Below are positions 9,402 through 19,560 of a DNA stretch of 64,000 bases, in pieces; positions within the stretch are counted from its first letter, which is position 1, and every line of letters starts with the position of its first letter. The position numbers and the translations under genes are program-made. Source of the stretch: an uncultured bacterium (lineage in GTDB: Bacteria; Desulfobacterota_D; UBA1144; Nemesobacterales; UBA2774); NCBI GenBank assembly GCA_963825135.1, contig CAWGRW010000010.1:64001-128000 (forward strand), in the 5' to 3' direction. The notes under the pieces are model-generated. The model was not told the origin of the DNA and did not search any database. It worked only from the letters and a program-made list of their open reading frames with translations.

Positions 9402-9878
9402 CTACTCCGCCGGCTTCCCCGTCACCGCGAACGACTCCGCGATCACGTTCACTACCGGCCCGTACGTCTCCTTCTTCGCCTCCGGATACTCGATCTCGAG
9501 CGTGTAATACACGTTATTCTTGAGCATCTTCTTTATGTAATACACCTCCCCGTTCCTCACCCCCGAGATCTCGAACCACTGCTCCCCGTATATCACCTTG
9601 AATTTGTCGTCCGGGCTCTGGAGGTTTTCGTACTCGTACTTGAGCGTCGTGTTGTCGACGTTGTTCGACGCCTTCACCCTCATGTCCGCGTCCTGGCTCT
9701 TCGAAAGGAGCGTTATCCCCGACTTGTCGTCGAGCTCGCTTTGAATCGTGAATACGTCCTTCGGATATTTGAGCGTGTACCCGAACCCTATGTTCACGTA
9801 CCTCTCGTACCCCTCGTCCGCGAACGCCCCCAGCCCCACGGCAAGCATCAATACGAGCACGCCTGTGAATTTCCTCAT
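9402..9878 (-). CDS. Secreted protein, PsbP-like fold
   Basis: Start MRKF with signal peptide; YVNIGFGYTLKYP...YTLEIEYP...IAESF; ATGA-coupled to upstream gene. Confidence 0.7.
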   Translation of the reverse strand: MRKFTGVLVLMLAVGLGAFADEGYERYVNIGFGYTLKYPKDVFTIQSELDDKSGITLLSKSQDADMRVKASNNVDNTTLKYEYENLQSPDDKFKVIYGEQWFEISGVRNGEVYYIKKMLKNNVYYTLEIEYPEAKKETYGPVVNVIAESFAVTGKPAE

Positions 9879-10741
9879 CGCACTTTCTCCCTTATTCCTT
9901 TTTCGGGCTCCTCTAACGACCCGTAAAGCACATTTCCATGCCTGTTCTCTATACTCATCATAACATTTATGCTTCCGCCCTTCGCCTTCTCGGCCTCCCT
10001 GATAATGCGGTCTATATCCTCGAGTCCGTCCTTCCTGAAGAGGAGAAAGTCCTGGGTCCTCTTGTAACGGAGGTCCTCGTTCCTCACCCTGAGCGTGAAC
10101 CACTCTACCGGCTTCCCGTTCCAGTTCTGCCTGGACTCCACTATCTCCAGATACCTTATATCGCCGTACTTGATCGTGACCGGCTTTAACGTCAGCCCGG
10201 TGTTATAGACGATCCCCGTCTCCGACACTCCCACGTACATATTGTAGAGCCGGAAATTGAGCGCCGTGCACAGGATTCCGGCCGCGAGCACGACCGGCTT
10301 GAAACGCGGTATGTCTTTATAGAGCGGCCATCCGTCGTATCTCCTCAGGAGGAATTTCCTCACGTCGTCCTCCCCGCGCCTCGCGTAGAGCCAGGAGAAG
10401 AAAAAGAGCATCAGGAACACGGCCATTATCGCCGAAGGAATGACCGGGTACAGGACATAGTCCGAGTACCTGAGCACGTACGTCAGCCCCCGGTCCCCGG
10501 CGACGTCCCGGAGGAGATAGGCCTGGAGGACGCTCAGAAGGACCGCGGCCGTCGTATACGCCGCGAATATATAGAGGTAATGCCTCGCCCTGAATTTATA
10601 CGGGGTCAGCCCGTGCCCGAGCTTCTGTATCTCGCCCTCGACGAAATAGTCCCTCAGGCTTATCGGGAAAAACACCGCGAGCACGATCGACGCGATCAGC
10701 GGAAACCCGACCGCGATATAATCGGTAAAGCCCATGTTCAT
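9875..10741 (-). CDS. Multi-TM membrane protein
   Basis: Four hydrophobic segments and a soluble C-terminal domain. Confidence 0.7.
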   Translation of the reverse strand: MNMGFTDYIAVGFPLIASIVLAVFFPISLRDYFVEGEIQKLGHGLTPYKFRARHYLYIFAAYTTAAVLLSVLQAYLLRDVAGDRGLTYVLRYSDYVLYPVIPSAIMAVFLMLFFFSWLYARRGEDDVRKFLLRRYDGWPLYKDIPRFKPVVLAAGILCTALNFRLYNMYVGVSETGIVYNTGLTLKPVTIKYGDIRYLEIVESRQNWNGKPVEWFTLRVRNEDLRYKRTQDFLLFRKDGLEDIDRIIREAEKAKGGSINVMMSIENRHGNVLYGSLEEPEKGIREKVR

Positions 10742-10889
10742 CAGACTAATATTCCGTCATTAGCCGCCGTTGTCAAAACTTCTTTTTTTGTAATTTTTAT
10801 ATGTATGTGACGGAAATTTCTCCGGTCATTCCATGAAGCGCTGTCCCGCCCCGCCGCCTAAACCGGAACTGCCCAAGCATGCTCTAATA

Positions 10890-12262
10890 TTTTCCCCTCC
10901 CCCTACACAAGGGAGAGGGTGAGGGTGGGGGTTACCACGTTAATCTTATCTTTAACCTTTAATTCCTTCCCCCCTGCGAGGGGGAAGGTTAGGATGGGGG
11001 GCACCTTGGCCAAATAAATCAAAACCGGCTTTGCCTTTCAATTCATTTCGCTCGATCGTGCCTGAACAAAAATAGTGCGAGCGGGGGTGTCATTTCGAGC
11101 TTAAGGCGAGAAATCTATCTTTGCCTTTTCTTCCCCGACATTACAGAATTTGCGTCACATTGTTTCCCTCCCCCTTCCCAAGGGGGAGGGTGTGGGTGGG
11201 GGTTTACCTTATCAGCCGTCAATCCAGAGAGTCTTTCTCTTTCCAAGGTCAGCAGTCCAATTGAAAGATTTTAGCTTAAACATAAGATTTTTAGCGTAAT
11301 TCTGTAGTCGGATTGATTTTTGCTTCTTTTCATCAAGGAAAAGAAGGATAAAAAAATAGCCTTTCACCTTTCTTTGTCTTTCCGAAAGGCCCACGGCAAT
11401 CTCTCCCTCCCCTCCGCCGCGAGAATAATAGAAGCGATACCGAACCCGTTCACCCTGAGCGCACACGAAGTGTGCCGTCGAAGGGCACATTATCCGTCAT
11501 TGCGAGGCTTCGCAGAAGCCGCGGCAATCTCATATTTAAAATTTATTTCCCTCCCCATCACATACCCGAGAGGGGGAGGGTTAAGGGTGGGGGTGTCACC
11601 TTTCATACATTAAATCATGCTTAAGTCTTTCTCTTCCCCGACATTACAGAATTTGCGTCACATTGTTTCCCTCCCCCTTTTCAAAGTGGGAACGGATGCG
11701 AGCGTGCAAGCATTCAGTCGCTCTTCCAACAAAGTCCGTGAGGCATATTAACCCCCCGCTCGACGATGCCTGAGCCAAAATAGTTCGGGTGGGGGTTTAC
11801 CTTATCAGCCTATCAATCCAGAGAGTCTTTCTCTTCCCGACATTACAGAATTTGCGTTAAGAAAATCGATTGTACGAGCGTTAAGAATCTTACGTGGGCA
11901 GGGGTGGGATCGAAAGATTTAGCGAGTACATGAGATTTTTAGCAAATTATGTAGTCGGATGATTTTTGCTTCTTTTCATCAAGGAAAAGAAGGATAAAAA
12001 AACAGCTTTTCACCTTTCTTTTGTCTTCCCGAAAGGCCCGCGGCAATCTCTCCCCCCCTCCGCCGCGAGAATAATAGAAGCGATTCCCTCCCCCGTTCGC
12101 CCCGAGCCTGTCAAAAGGTCGAAGGGTGGACGCGAGTCATTTCGAGCACAGCGCGGCAACCACATATTTAATATTTTTCCCCTCTCCCCTTTTTTGAGGG
12201 CGGGAGAGGGCCAGGGTGAGGGGGTACCATATCGTAGGAGCGGCTTCCAGCCGCGATTCATT
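10890..12262 (+). repeat. Mosaic palindromic repeat array with internal tandem duplication
   Basis: Several CCCTCCCC..GGGTGGGGG modules, core at about 11837-11958, GTAGGAGCGGCTTCCAGCCGCG (GTAG-type REP) near 12234. Confidence 0.9.
11691..11782 (+). mobile_element. About 90-nt nested insert, type C
   Basis: AAC-GGATGC-loop-GCATTC-(A/G)GTCGC plus tail; also at 21612 and as a variant at 16732; empty equivalents near 11167 and 37023. Confidence 0.65.
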
Positions 12263-12320
12263 AAGTTACTTCTGCGGATTTATTTTTAATCCTGTATATC
12301 AAACAATTAACATATAAATT

Positions 12321-12550
12321 GCAATAGCGGCAATAGAAAATCGCATAATCCGGCCGGCTCCCGCCCGTCGTACCCAACGCCTCACACCATGTCTCACACC
12401 ATTACGCAATAGCGGCAATAGAAACGCCGTCTTTCTCCCCACGCCCGAGCAATCCGCATCCAAACCATTCGCAATAGCGGCATTAGTAACGGCCGATCGA
12501 CCCTCACATCGGAGATTGCCCGTCAACGAATCCGCAATAGCGGCATTAAA
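12321..12550 (+). repeat. Four spaced GCAATAGCGGCA(A/T)TA direct repeats
   Basis: Starts at 12321, 12406, 12471 and 12534, with unique intervening sequence. Confidence 0.8.
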
Positions 12551-12556
12551 ATCCCG

Positions 12557-13588
12557 TCACTGCCCGCCGCTTCCGAGAAACTCGGTCACCTGCGCCGGAG
12601 TCACGTCGAGCGTATCCGCGTCGTGCTCCCCGCCCTCGGTTATCGATATCACGTTCGTCACGCCCGCCGCGTCGAGCGCGTCCTCGAGATCGACCGCCTG
12701 CATCCAGGGCACGAAGCAGTCCTTCGTCCCGGCCGCGATAAACACGGGCGGGTCCCCGGCGTCGACGTGCGTAACCGGGCTCGCCTCGTCGAGGTCGTTC
12801 TCATCGCAACCGCTGAGAGGGTCCTGCAGATTGTCAGGCACCGGACATTCGAGGAGCGCCCAGATCGGGAGCGGGTTAAGCTCGATCCCGCAGCTCCCTG
12901 TGAGCAGCACGTCGAGCGCCTCGTCCACGATCGTATCGAAATCATACGGCCCGTAGAAGAGCACCGCCGCGGCGACATCGCTCGAAGCCCCGGGGTTCAC
13001 CGTCCCCTCGAGGTCCGCGACGCCCGACGATAGCGCGATCATCGCCGCCAGGTGAGCTCCCGCCGACTCCCCCGTCACTATTATCGCGTCCGGGTCGACG
13101 CCCAGCTCCTCCGAGTTCAATTTAATCCACCTCACGGCGGACTTCACCTCCCGGATAATCCCCGGCCAGTCCTCCGCCCCCTGCCCGACGAGCCTGTACC
13201 CGACCGATATAAGCTGAAACCCGCCGGCCTCCGCTATGTCAAACGCTATCCCCTCTATGTTCTCCTTCGAATTGATCACCCACCCGCCTCCGTGAAACCA
13301 CACGAGCGCGGGCCTCGGCGCGGATACGCCCTTTATCCTGTACAGGTCGAGCGTCTGTCTCTCCGTCCCTCCCTCCACGTAGAAAAACGTCTCGGGCTCC
13401 GGAGCGAGCGTCCCCCCCGTCTCAATATCTATGCCCGGGCCGCTCCCGTTCCCGCCCCCGCCGCCGGTGCCGCCGCCGGTCCCGCCGCCGTCGCACCCGA
13501 TCGCCGCCGCTGCCGCGCACAATATCAGGAACATCACGAGCGCGCGGATATTGTCGCTCCACTCGTTCTTTTTTTCACGGATATTCAT
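12557..13588 (-). CDS. Alpha/beta hydrolase (HSL-type esterase), probable lipoprotein
   Basis: HGGGW, GESAG, GTKD..VP and GGEH; lipobox-like AIGC followed by a Gly linker. Confidence 0.9.
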   Translation of the reverse strand: MNIREKKNEWSDNIRALVMFLILCAAAAAIGCDGGGTGGGTGGGGGNGSGPGIDIETGGTLAPEPETFFYVEGGTERQTLDLYRIKGVSAPRPALVWFHGGGWVINSKENIEGIAFDIAEAGGFQLISVGYRLVGQGAEDWPGIIREVKSAVRWIKLNSEELGVDPDAIIVTGESAGAHLAAMIALSSGVADLEGTVNPGASSDVAAAVLFYGPYDFDTIVDEALDVLLTGSCGIELNPLPIWALLECPVPDNLQDPLSGCDENDLDEASPVTHVDAGDPPVFIAAGTKDCFVPWMQAVDLEDALDAAGVTNVISITEGGEHDADTLDVTPAQVTEFLGSGGQ

Positions 13589-14173
13589 ATCATCCTCCCT
13601 CGTATCGTGGAGATACCCTCCATACATTATACAGGGTGCTATCGGCGGAAGAAGCTGTTTTTTATAGACGCGTGCGGCTCGACTACAGGCCGCGTTACAT
13701 GCACTTGCAATCCCCCCGCCCGCCCCCTTCCTTTAACAAACCTAAAGTGATTTCTCACCGACCCCGGGACGTGCCTTAAAGTAAAGCGAATACTGTTCAA
13801 GAACTGTCTTTAATGTCCTATCTTAACTATTATATATATTCCGGACAGGCGCTTAGCCCTCATATTTTATATATACTTTATATTACATCATATCCATTCT
13901 AAAACACTTAATAAAACTAACGTAACGATCAAGCCCCTACTCCAGAATTTACTTTAACAGAGGAATCTCTCTCCCGCCCTTTCGGAAATAGGGCGAACCG
14001 TGATTAAGGCGGGTTAGCAGACCCGTTCACGACCCGGATCCCCGGTTAGTCCTCCCCCGCGGAGTGCGTCACCGGACACTCCCGGCATCTTTATGATTAT
14101 TTAAGAATTCAATTGACAGCTTCATCGCTTATCAGATTTCACCAACAATTTTCAGAATTCAACAAGATGCTAC

Positions 14174-14202
14174 TTGACACTGCAGTGTAAGGACGCAATA
14201 AT
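14174..14202 (+). promoter_or_regulatory. Sigma70 promoter
   Basis: TTGACA-17 bp-AATAAT. Confidence 0.6.
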
Positions 14203-14208
14203 TAAAAA

Positions 14209-14506
14209 TATTTTGCCGGGGCGTAAATTTTCATCGATAGCGATTAAGAGAGAGGGTTCGCTGTCATGGAATGATTCGAGAAGAGGATATTCAATACCCG
14301 TACGGAAACCGCTTTTGATCTCTTCATCTTAATTCTCCTTGCTAACGGCAAGCTCGAATCAAGAAGCGTAAGCACATTTCATCATCGTTCTCAGCCGTTG
14401 TGTAACTACCGGACCGAGAGCGAATAAGACCATGGATTTCACGCGCTAGTATTAACTCGCTCCGTCTCCCTCTACCGCCAGAATGGGGGGGACGGGGCGT
14501 TTTTTT
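14209..14506 (+). ncRNA. Candidate structured RNA of about 300 nt
   Basis: Bounded by a promoter and a terminator, no sizeable sense ORF, several stems. Confidence 0.4.
14458..14506 (+). terminator. Intrinsic terminator
   Basis: CGCTCCGTCTCCC...GGGGGACGGGGCG followed by T7; G-U pairs fix the + orientation. Confidence 0.8.
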
Positions 14507-14628
14507 GCCGGACGGGGTTGAGTTCCCCAACTTGAGCCCATTTCCCCGATTTGCCGCCCCCCCTTCCCAACCGCCCCCTTCTTCTGATAGACTATCCTTT
14601 TAGCCAAGAAGTCCCTGGGGTGAACAAT

Positions 14629-15510
14629 ATGATATTGCTGACCGGCGCTACGGGCACGACAGGCCGTAGAGTCGCCAGGCGTTTGACGAAATGGGGTTAC
14701 AGGTTTACAGCAATGGTCCGCGAGCCCGAAAAGGTCTCCGGGTTAAAGTCCTCAAAAGTCGAGCTGATTAAAGGAGATTTCAAAAAGCCTGACTCTCTCA
14801 GGAGAGCGATGGAGGGGATCGAACACGCGTTTCTCCTCCCGCCCAACACCGAGAACCAGTTCAAGCTCGAGAGGAATTTCATCGACGCCGCCAGGGAATC
14901 GGGCGTCAGATACCTCGTCAAGTACTCGGCCATAGGCGCCGATCCCGACTCCCCCGCCCGCCTGCTGAGATGGCACGGCGAGGCGGAAAAGTATCTGGAA
15001 CAATCGGGCCTGCGGTATTCCATCGTCCGCCCGAACATATTCATGCAGAATTTCACGAACCTCTACGCGAGGCTGATAAGGGAGGAAAAGGAGTTCAGGC
15101 TGCCGTTCGGGGACGCGCGGTGCGGATGGGTCGACGTGAGGGACATAGGAAGGCTCATCGCCAGGATGCTGACGGAGAACGGGCACCAGAACAACATACT
15201 CACCGTAACGGGCCCCGAAACACTGAAGTGTAAAGACCTGGCCGAAATCCTCTCCCACGCGGTGGGCAAAAAGATTGAATACGTGGACGTGAAGCCCAGG
15301 GAATTCAAAAAAGAGATGATTGAAACGGGCGTGCCCGAAATTATGGCCGAAGCGGCAACGGAGCTTTTCAAGCTCGTCAGCGACGGTCTCTGTGACGCAG
15401 TCACCGACACCTTCTATGAAATTACAGAGAAGCAGCCCCGCACCTTCGAGGAATTCGTCGACGACAACCTTACCTTCTTCCTCAAGAAGAAAACCAAATC
15501 GAAAAAATAA
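14629..15510 (+). CDS. NmrA-like/atypical SDR NAD(P)-binding protein
   Basis: ILLTGATGTTG, IVRPNIFMQN, VDVRDIG, VTGPE. Confidence 0.9.
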   Translation: MILLTGATGTTGRRVARRLTKWGYRFTAMVREPEKVSGLKSSKVELIKGDFKKPDSLRRAMEGIEHAFLLPPNTENQFKLERNFIDAARESGVRYLVKYSAIGADPDSPARLLRWHGEAEKYLEQSGLRYSIVRPNIFMQNFTNLYARLIREEKEFRLPFGDARCGWVDVRDIGRLIARMLTENGHQNNILTVTGPETLKCKDLAEILSHAVGKKIEYVDVKPREFKKEMIETGVPEIMAEAATELFKLVSDGLCDAVTDTFYEITEKQPRTFEEFVDDNLTFFLKKKTKSKK

Positions 15511-15524
15511 TTTTTACAATTCGC

Positions 15525-15895
15525 GGGAGCGGCTTTCAGCAGCGTCGCACGTAGTGTGCGCATATACGCGTCCTTCGAACCTCCACCGCCCAATCCAGCG
15601 ACCGCCGCACAACCCGTTAGGCGAGCCTGTCAAAGGGTCGAATGGCGCAGTTTTATTCCCTCTCCCTCCACAGGAGGGGAGAGGGCCAGGGTGAGGGTGT
15701 ACCTTAGATAAATAAACAATAAATCCGTTCACCCTGAGCATAGCCTATCCTGAGCGAAGTCGCAGAATATTCCTTGATTCCCCTCTCCCTCCACAGGAGG
15801 GGAGAGGGACAGGGTGAGGGTGTACGACCGGTGGAATTAATTCCCGTTTCGCGCCGTTCACGGAATTTGCGGCGGGCGCACCCCTCCGGCGCCGC
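15525..15895 (+). repeat. Mosaic palindromic repeat array
   Basis: CCCTCTCCC..GGGAGAGGG..GGGTGAGGG twice, plus CCGTTCACCCTGAGC. Confidence 0.8.
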
Positions 15896-15946
15896 GCCAT
15901 AAAAGTCAGTCGGAATTATTACGAAAGACCAGGCGAATGCCCCTTC

Positions 15947-16519
15947 TCAATACCACCAGTACCGCCTTGGATACGGCCCCCAGTAGTATGGCCCGGGGAA
16001 CCGGCATACCCTGTATCCCGTGTACCAGTTATAGTGGCACACGGCCCCGTCAGGCGCGACCCACCAGTCTATGAACACCGATGTGAGCCCGCCTTCGGGC
16101 GGCATCTTCCCGTCGAGCACCTTCACGTCGTACGTAAGGTCGCCCTTCTCGCTCAGGGCCGGGTTGGAAAGCTCGACGACCACGTCCGCATCGGTCATAC
16201 CTTCCCTATCGCCGATTATGGACAGGTTGGCGTTAGGCGGGTCGTTCTTGAAGCTGTCCTTCCCCTCGTCCCACATCTTGAGGAAATGGGTCGTCGGGAA
16301 ATGCCCCGCCATCCTCTCGGGCCTGTCGGCGAAGAACACCATCGAGGGCGATACGTTCTTTAAGGTCAGCTTCCCGTCCTTATACGACATGGACGTCGCC
16401 GTCTGGACGAAAAGGAAGCTGTACGGGGTCTGGCCCGCGTTCCCCTGCTGGGCGAATGACGCCGTAGAGAATACCGTCAACAAAATTACTGCCAGCGAAG
16501 CAATTACCGTTCTTGCCAT
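15947..16519 (-). CDS. Secreted hypothetical protein with Tyr/Trp-rich C-terminal tail
   Basis: Signal peptide; FLFVQTA, FADRPER and DPPNANL conserved-looking motifs. Confidence 0.8.
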   Translation of the reverse strand: MARTVIASLAVILLTVFSTASFAQQGNAGQTPYSFLFVQTATSMSYKDGKLTLKNVSPSMVFFADRPERMAGHFPTTHFLKMWDEGKDSFKNDPPNANLSIIGDREGMTDADVVVELSNPALSEKGDLTYDVKVLDGKMPPEGGLTSVFIDWWVAPDGAVCHYNWYTGYRVCRFPGPYYWGPYPRRYWWY

Positions 16520-16657
16520 ATTACACCTCTCGAAAATGTAATTTCGGATACCGATTTGCCTAATATTACCATCAATCCCGCCGGGTTTATAAACCGAATT
16601 TGTAATCCGGATAATTTTCTTCCGGATCTCCCCCGCTAAACCCGGCGACCAGGCCAA

Positions 16658-17262
16658 ATCCGTTCACCCCGAGCGCACACGTAGCGTGCTGTCGAAGGGT
16701 CTTCTTTAATTTCCCTCCCCCTTAGAGGGGGAACGCTTCGAGCAAGCAAGCAGTCGGTCGCTCTTCCAACAAAGTCCGTGAGGCATATTAACCATCTCCC
16801 GCTTGCGAGCTTGGCGAGATGGTACCTGAGCCACGAAGATAGTTCGAGTGGGGGGTGGTTACGATTACACTTCAACCAATCCAGAGAAGTTCGGCTCTTT
16901 TCTTCCCGACATTACAGAATTTGCGTCAAGAAAATCGATTGTACGAGCGTTAAGAATCTTACGTGGGCCGGGGCGGGATCGGAAGATTTAGCGAGTACAT
17001 GAGATTTTTAGCAAATTATGTAGTCGGATGATTTTTGCTTCTTTTCATCAAGGAAAAGAAGGATAAAAAAAACAGCCTTTCACCATTCTAGTCTTTTCAT
17101 GATCTTTTCATAGACCACTTTAGGTGCACGGTGTTTTCAGAACCCACACTATGTGCGTTCATCAAGGAAAAGAAGGATGAAAAAAACAGCTTTTCACCTT
17201 TCTTTATCTTTCCGAAAGGCCTACGGCAATCTCTCCCTCCCCTCCGCCGCGAGAATAATAGC
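16658..17262 (+). repeat. Mosaic palindromic repeat array
   Basis: Core at about 16906-17027; right end overlaps the MFS gene 3' end. Confidence 0.9.
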
Positions 17263-18460
17263 CGCTAGTATCGCCACCCCCGCAAGCGCGACCAGAGGCA
17301 GCCTGAGCGCGAGCGCCGCAAGGAGCCCCGCCGCTAACCCCGAGAGCGCCTCCGCTCCCACGAGGATCGACTGGTTATTCCCGAGCACGCTCCCCTGCTC
17401 GTCCGCGCTTACCATCAGCGAAAGCATCGACGCGCACGCGGGCAGGGCCACGGCGATCGCGAGGCCGGGCAGGAACAGCGTCGCCCAGAGCGCCCCTTCC
17501 TGCCGGGGCAGCAATATCAGCGGCATTAGTATCCCGAGCAGCGCCGTCGAGTAAATGGTTATCTTCCTCGCAGAGAACCGCGTCGCCAGGTATCCCGTCA
17601 GCCACACATTGGCCAGCACGATTGGCACAGCTACCCACGCGATGAAATCGGACACCCTCCCCACTCCCATATTGTAGCGGTCGACGAGATACATGGGGTA
17701 CGCCCTGAAAAATCCGAATATGGAAAAGTAGATGAGAAAATTCACGAGATATACGGTCCTTATCCGCCCGGCAGCTGAATATCGTAAGCATGTTTGTGAA
17801 CGCTTCGGCGTAATTTGTCTTCGCCCCGGCATCGGGCGTGCGTGTTTCTTCGAATACGTAGTAAGTGAACGCGAGGGCGAATAGCAGGAGTATGAATACC
17901 GCCCAATACGGGGTCGCGTAATCGAACCACGGCATGACCGCCGGGTCCGCGAGCTTCCCTCCGACGAGTGGCCCGGCGACGAATGCGCCGCTCCCGCTCA
18001 GGTACATATATCCGAAAAGCCTGCTCCTGTTCTCCTCGGTACTCACGTCGGCGATCGCGCTCTGGGCCGTCACGATGTCGGCGTCGGCGAGCCCCATTAA
18101 AAGAGAGATACCCATGAGCGCGGGCAGGCAGTTCAACTGAAGCGAAATTGCGAAGAGGGCGTAGCACATCGCGATGACGGCCAGCGAGACGAGGAGCACC
18201 GGCCTTCTTCCGAACCTGTCCGACATCGCGCCCATCACGGGCGAGCCCAGGAACTGCCCCAGCGGATAGAGCGTTAGAAGCACTCCCAGCACGATTGACC
18301 TGTCCGCATCGAACGGCAGCGAGTCGAGTATGCCCCCGCTGTTGTCGAGGATCATGGGCGTCATGATCGCCGTCATCAGGCTGTAGCCTATGAACCCTAT
18401 GAATATTACGAAGTAGAGCGGGAGTATCTGAAGAAAGCCCGATTTCCGGTTGTCTGTCAT
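17221..18460 (-). CDS. MFS drug/H+ antiporter (TetA-like), frameshift near 17775
   Basis: Motif A GAMSDRFGRRPVL, GPLVGG; the C-terminal six TMs are in ORF 17221-17832. Confidence 0.85.
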
Positions 18461-18507
18461 CGCGTTAACCCCGGCCAGCCGCATGAGATTAACCGCCAAA
18501 CGGAATC

Positions 18508-19287
18508 TTGTCATTCCCGGCCGGGCGGGGAAACAAGTATATCGCAGGAGCGGCTTCCAGCCGCGGCACATGCGTAGTAAGGCACAGAACCCGTGCTCGT
18601 GCACATTCCCTCCGAATCTCTTCCGGTCATACCGGCAACGAAGCCAGACCCGTTCGTTCTGAGCTTGTCGAAGAACAATTGCGAGCGAGTGAGCAATTGG
18701 TCGCCCTTGCTAACCTTGTATCGAAGATTATTGAAACGGTCAATGAGCCAATGATATGTCAGCGGCGACACTCCACCCGTTCACCCCGAGCGCGTACGAA
18801 GTGTGCTGTCGAAGGATCTTCCTTAATTCCCTCCCCCTCAATAGGAGGGGGGAGGGTTAGGGTGGGGGTGTACCTAGATATGTAAAACCGTTCGTGCTGA
18901 GCTAGTCGAAGCACGTCACCGACATTACAGAATTTGCGTTAAGAAAATCGATTGTACGAGCGTTAAGAAATCTTAGTGGGCTGGGGTTGAATTGGAAGAT
19001 TTAGCTGAGAACATGAGATTTTTAGCAAATTCTGTAGAGTTCGGACCACATGTGATTTTTGCTTCTTTTCATCAAGGAAAAGAAGGATAAAAAAAACAGC
19101 CTCTCACCTTTCTTTTCTTTTCATTATCTTTTCATAGACCATTTAGGTGCACGGTGTTTTCATTAACCACACTACGTGTGTGGTGTGTGATTTTTGCTTC
19201 TTTGTATCCAGACAAAGAAGAAAATAATATTGTCTTTGTCTTTTCTTTGTCTTTCCGAAAATCGCCACAGAATCGCGGCAATTCCCC
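18508..19287 (+). repeat. Mosaic palindromic repeat array
   Basis: Core at about 18919-19038; array ends at the stop codon of the next gene. Confidence 0.9.
18674..18763 (+). mobile_element. About 90-nt nested insert, type G
   Basis: AAC-AATTGC-gagcgagtga-GCAATT-GGTCGC plus unique tail, placed after GTCGAAG; empty equivalent at 33441-33469. Confidence 0.6.
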
Positions 19288-19560
19288 CTACTCCGCCATC
19301 AAAAACGCCTTTATCCTCTCCTGAGGATCGATGGACAAAACGAGATAGCATAATATAGATACCGCAATCACAATCACGGCCGCGATGACGATCAGGCCGG
19401 CCCTGCTGAAGTTCCTCCTGTTGGGGTCGATCCCCCTGCCGAACGACCAGTATAGCAGGACCGCCACGTTAAGCATCGGCACCAGAGCGACTATTATCGT
19501 TACCATCCAGCCCGGTACCGAAATCGGCTTCATATCCGTGCCGGTCGTCCCTGAATTCAT
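19288..19560 (-). CDS. Small membrane protein
   Basis: ISVPGW...LVPMLNVAVLLYWSF...NRRNFSRA, two to three TM segments. Confidence 0.75.
   Translation of the reverse strand: MNSGTTGTDMKPISVPGWMVTIIVALVPMLNVAVLLYWSFGRGIDPNRRNFSRAGLIVIAAVIVIAVSILCYLVLSIDPQERIKAFLMAE

Noticed and set aside
11691..11782. Group II intron, DGR or retron remnants as the origin of the inserts
   Set aside because: No GUGYG 5' end, no domain V, no adenine-specific variation and no RT gene in the window; an RT acting in trans cannot be excluded.
11212..12289. Short ORFs inside arrays ([12 protein letters not shown]..., MIFASFHQGK..., FPTLQNLR..., and similar ones at 28216, 37164, 44366, 53301, 60057)
   Set aside because: They are translations of repeat DNA in variable frames, with no SD and no consistent start or stop.
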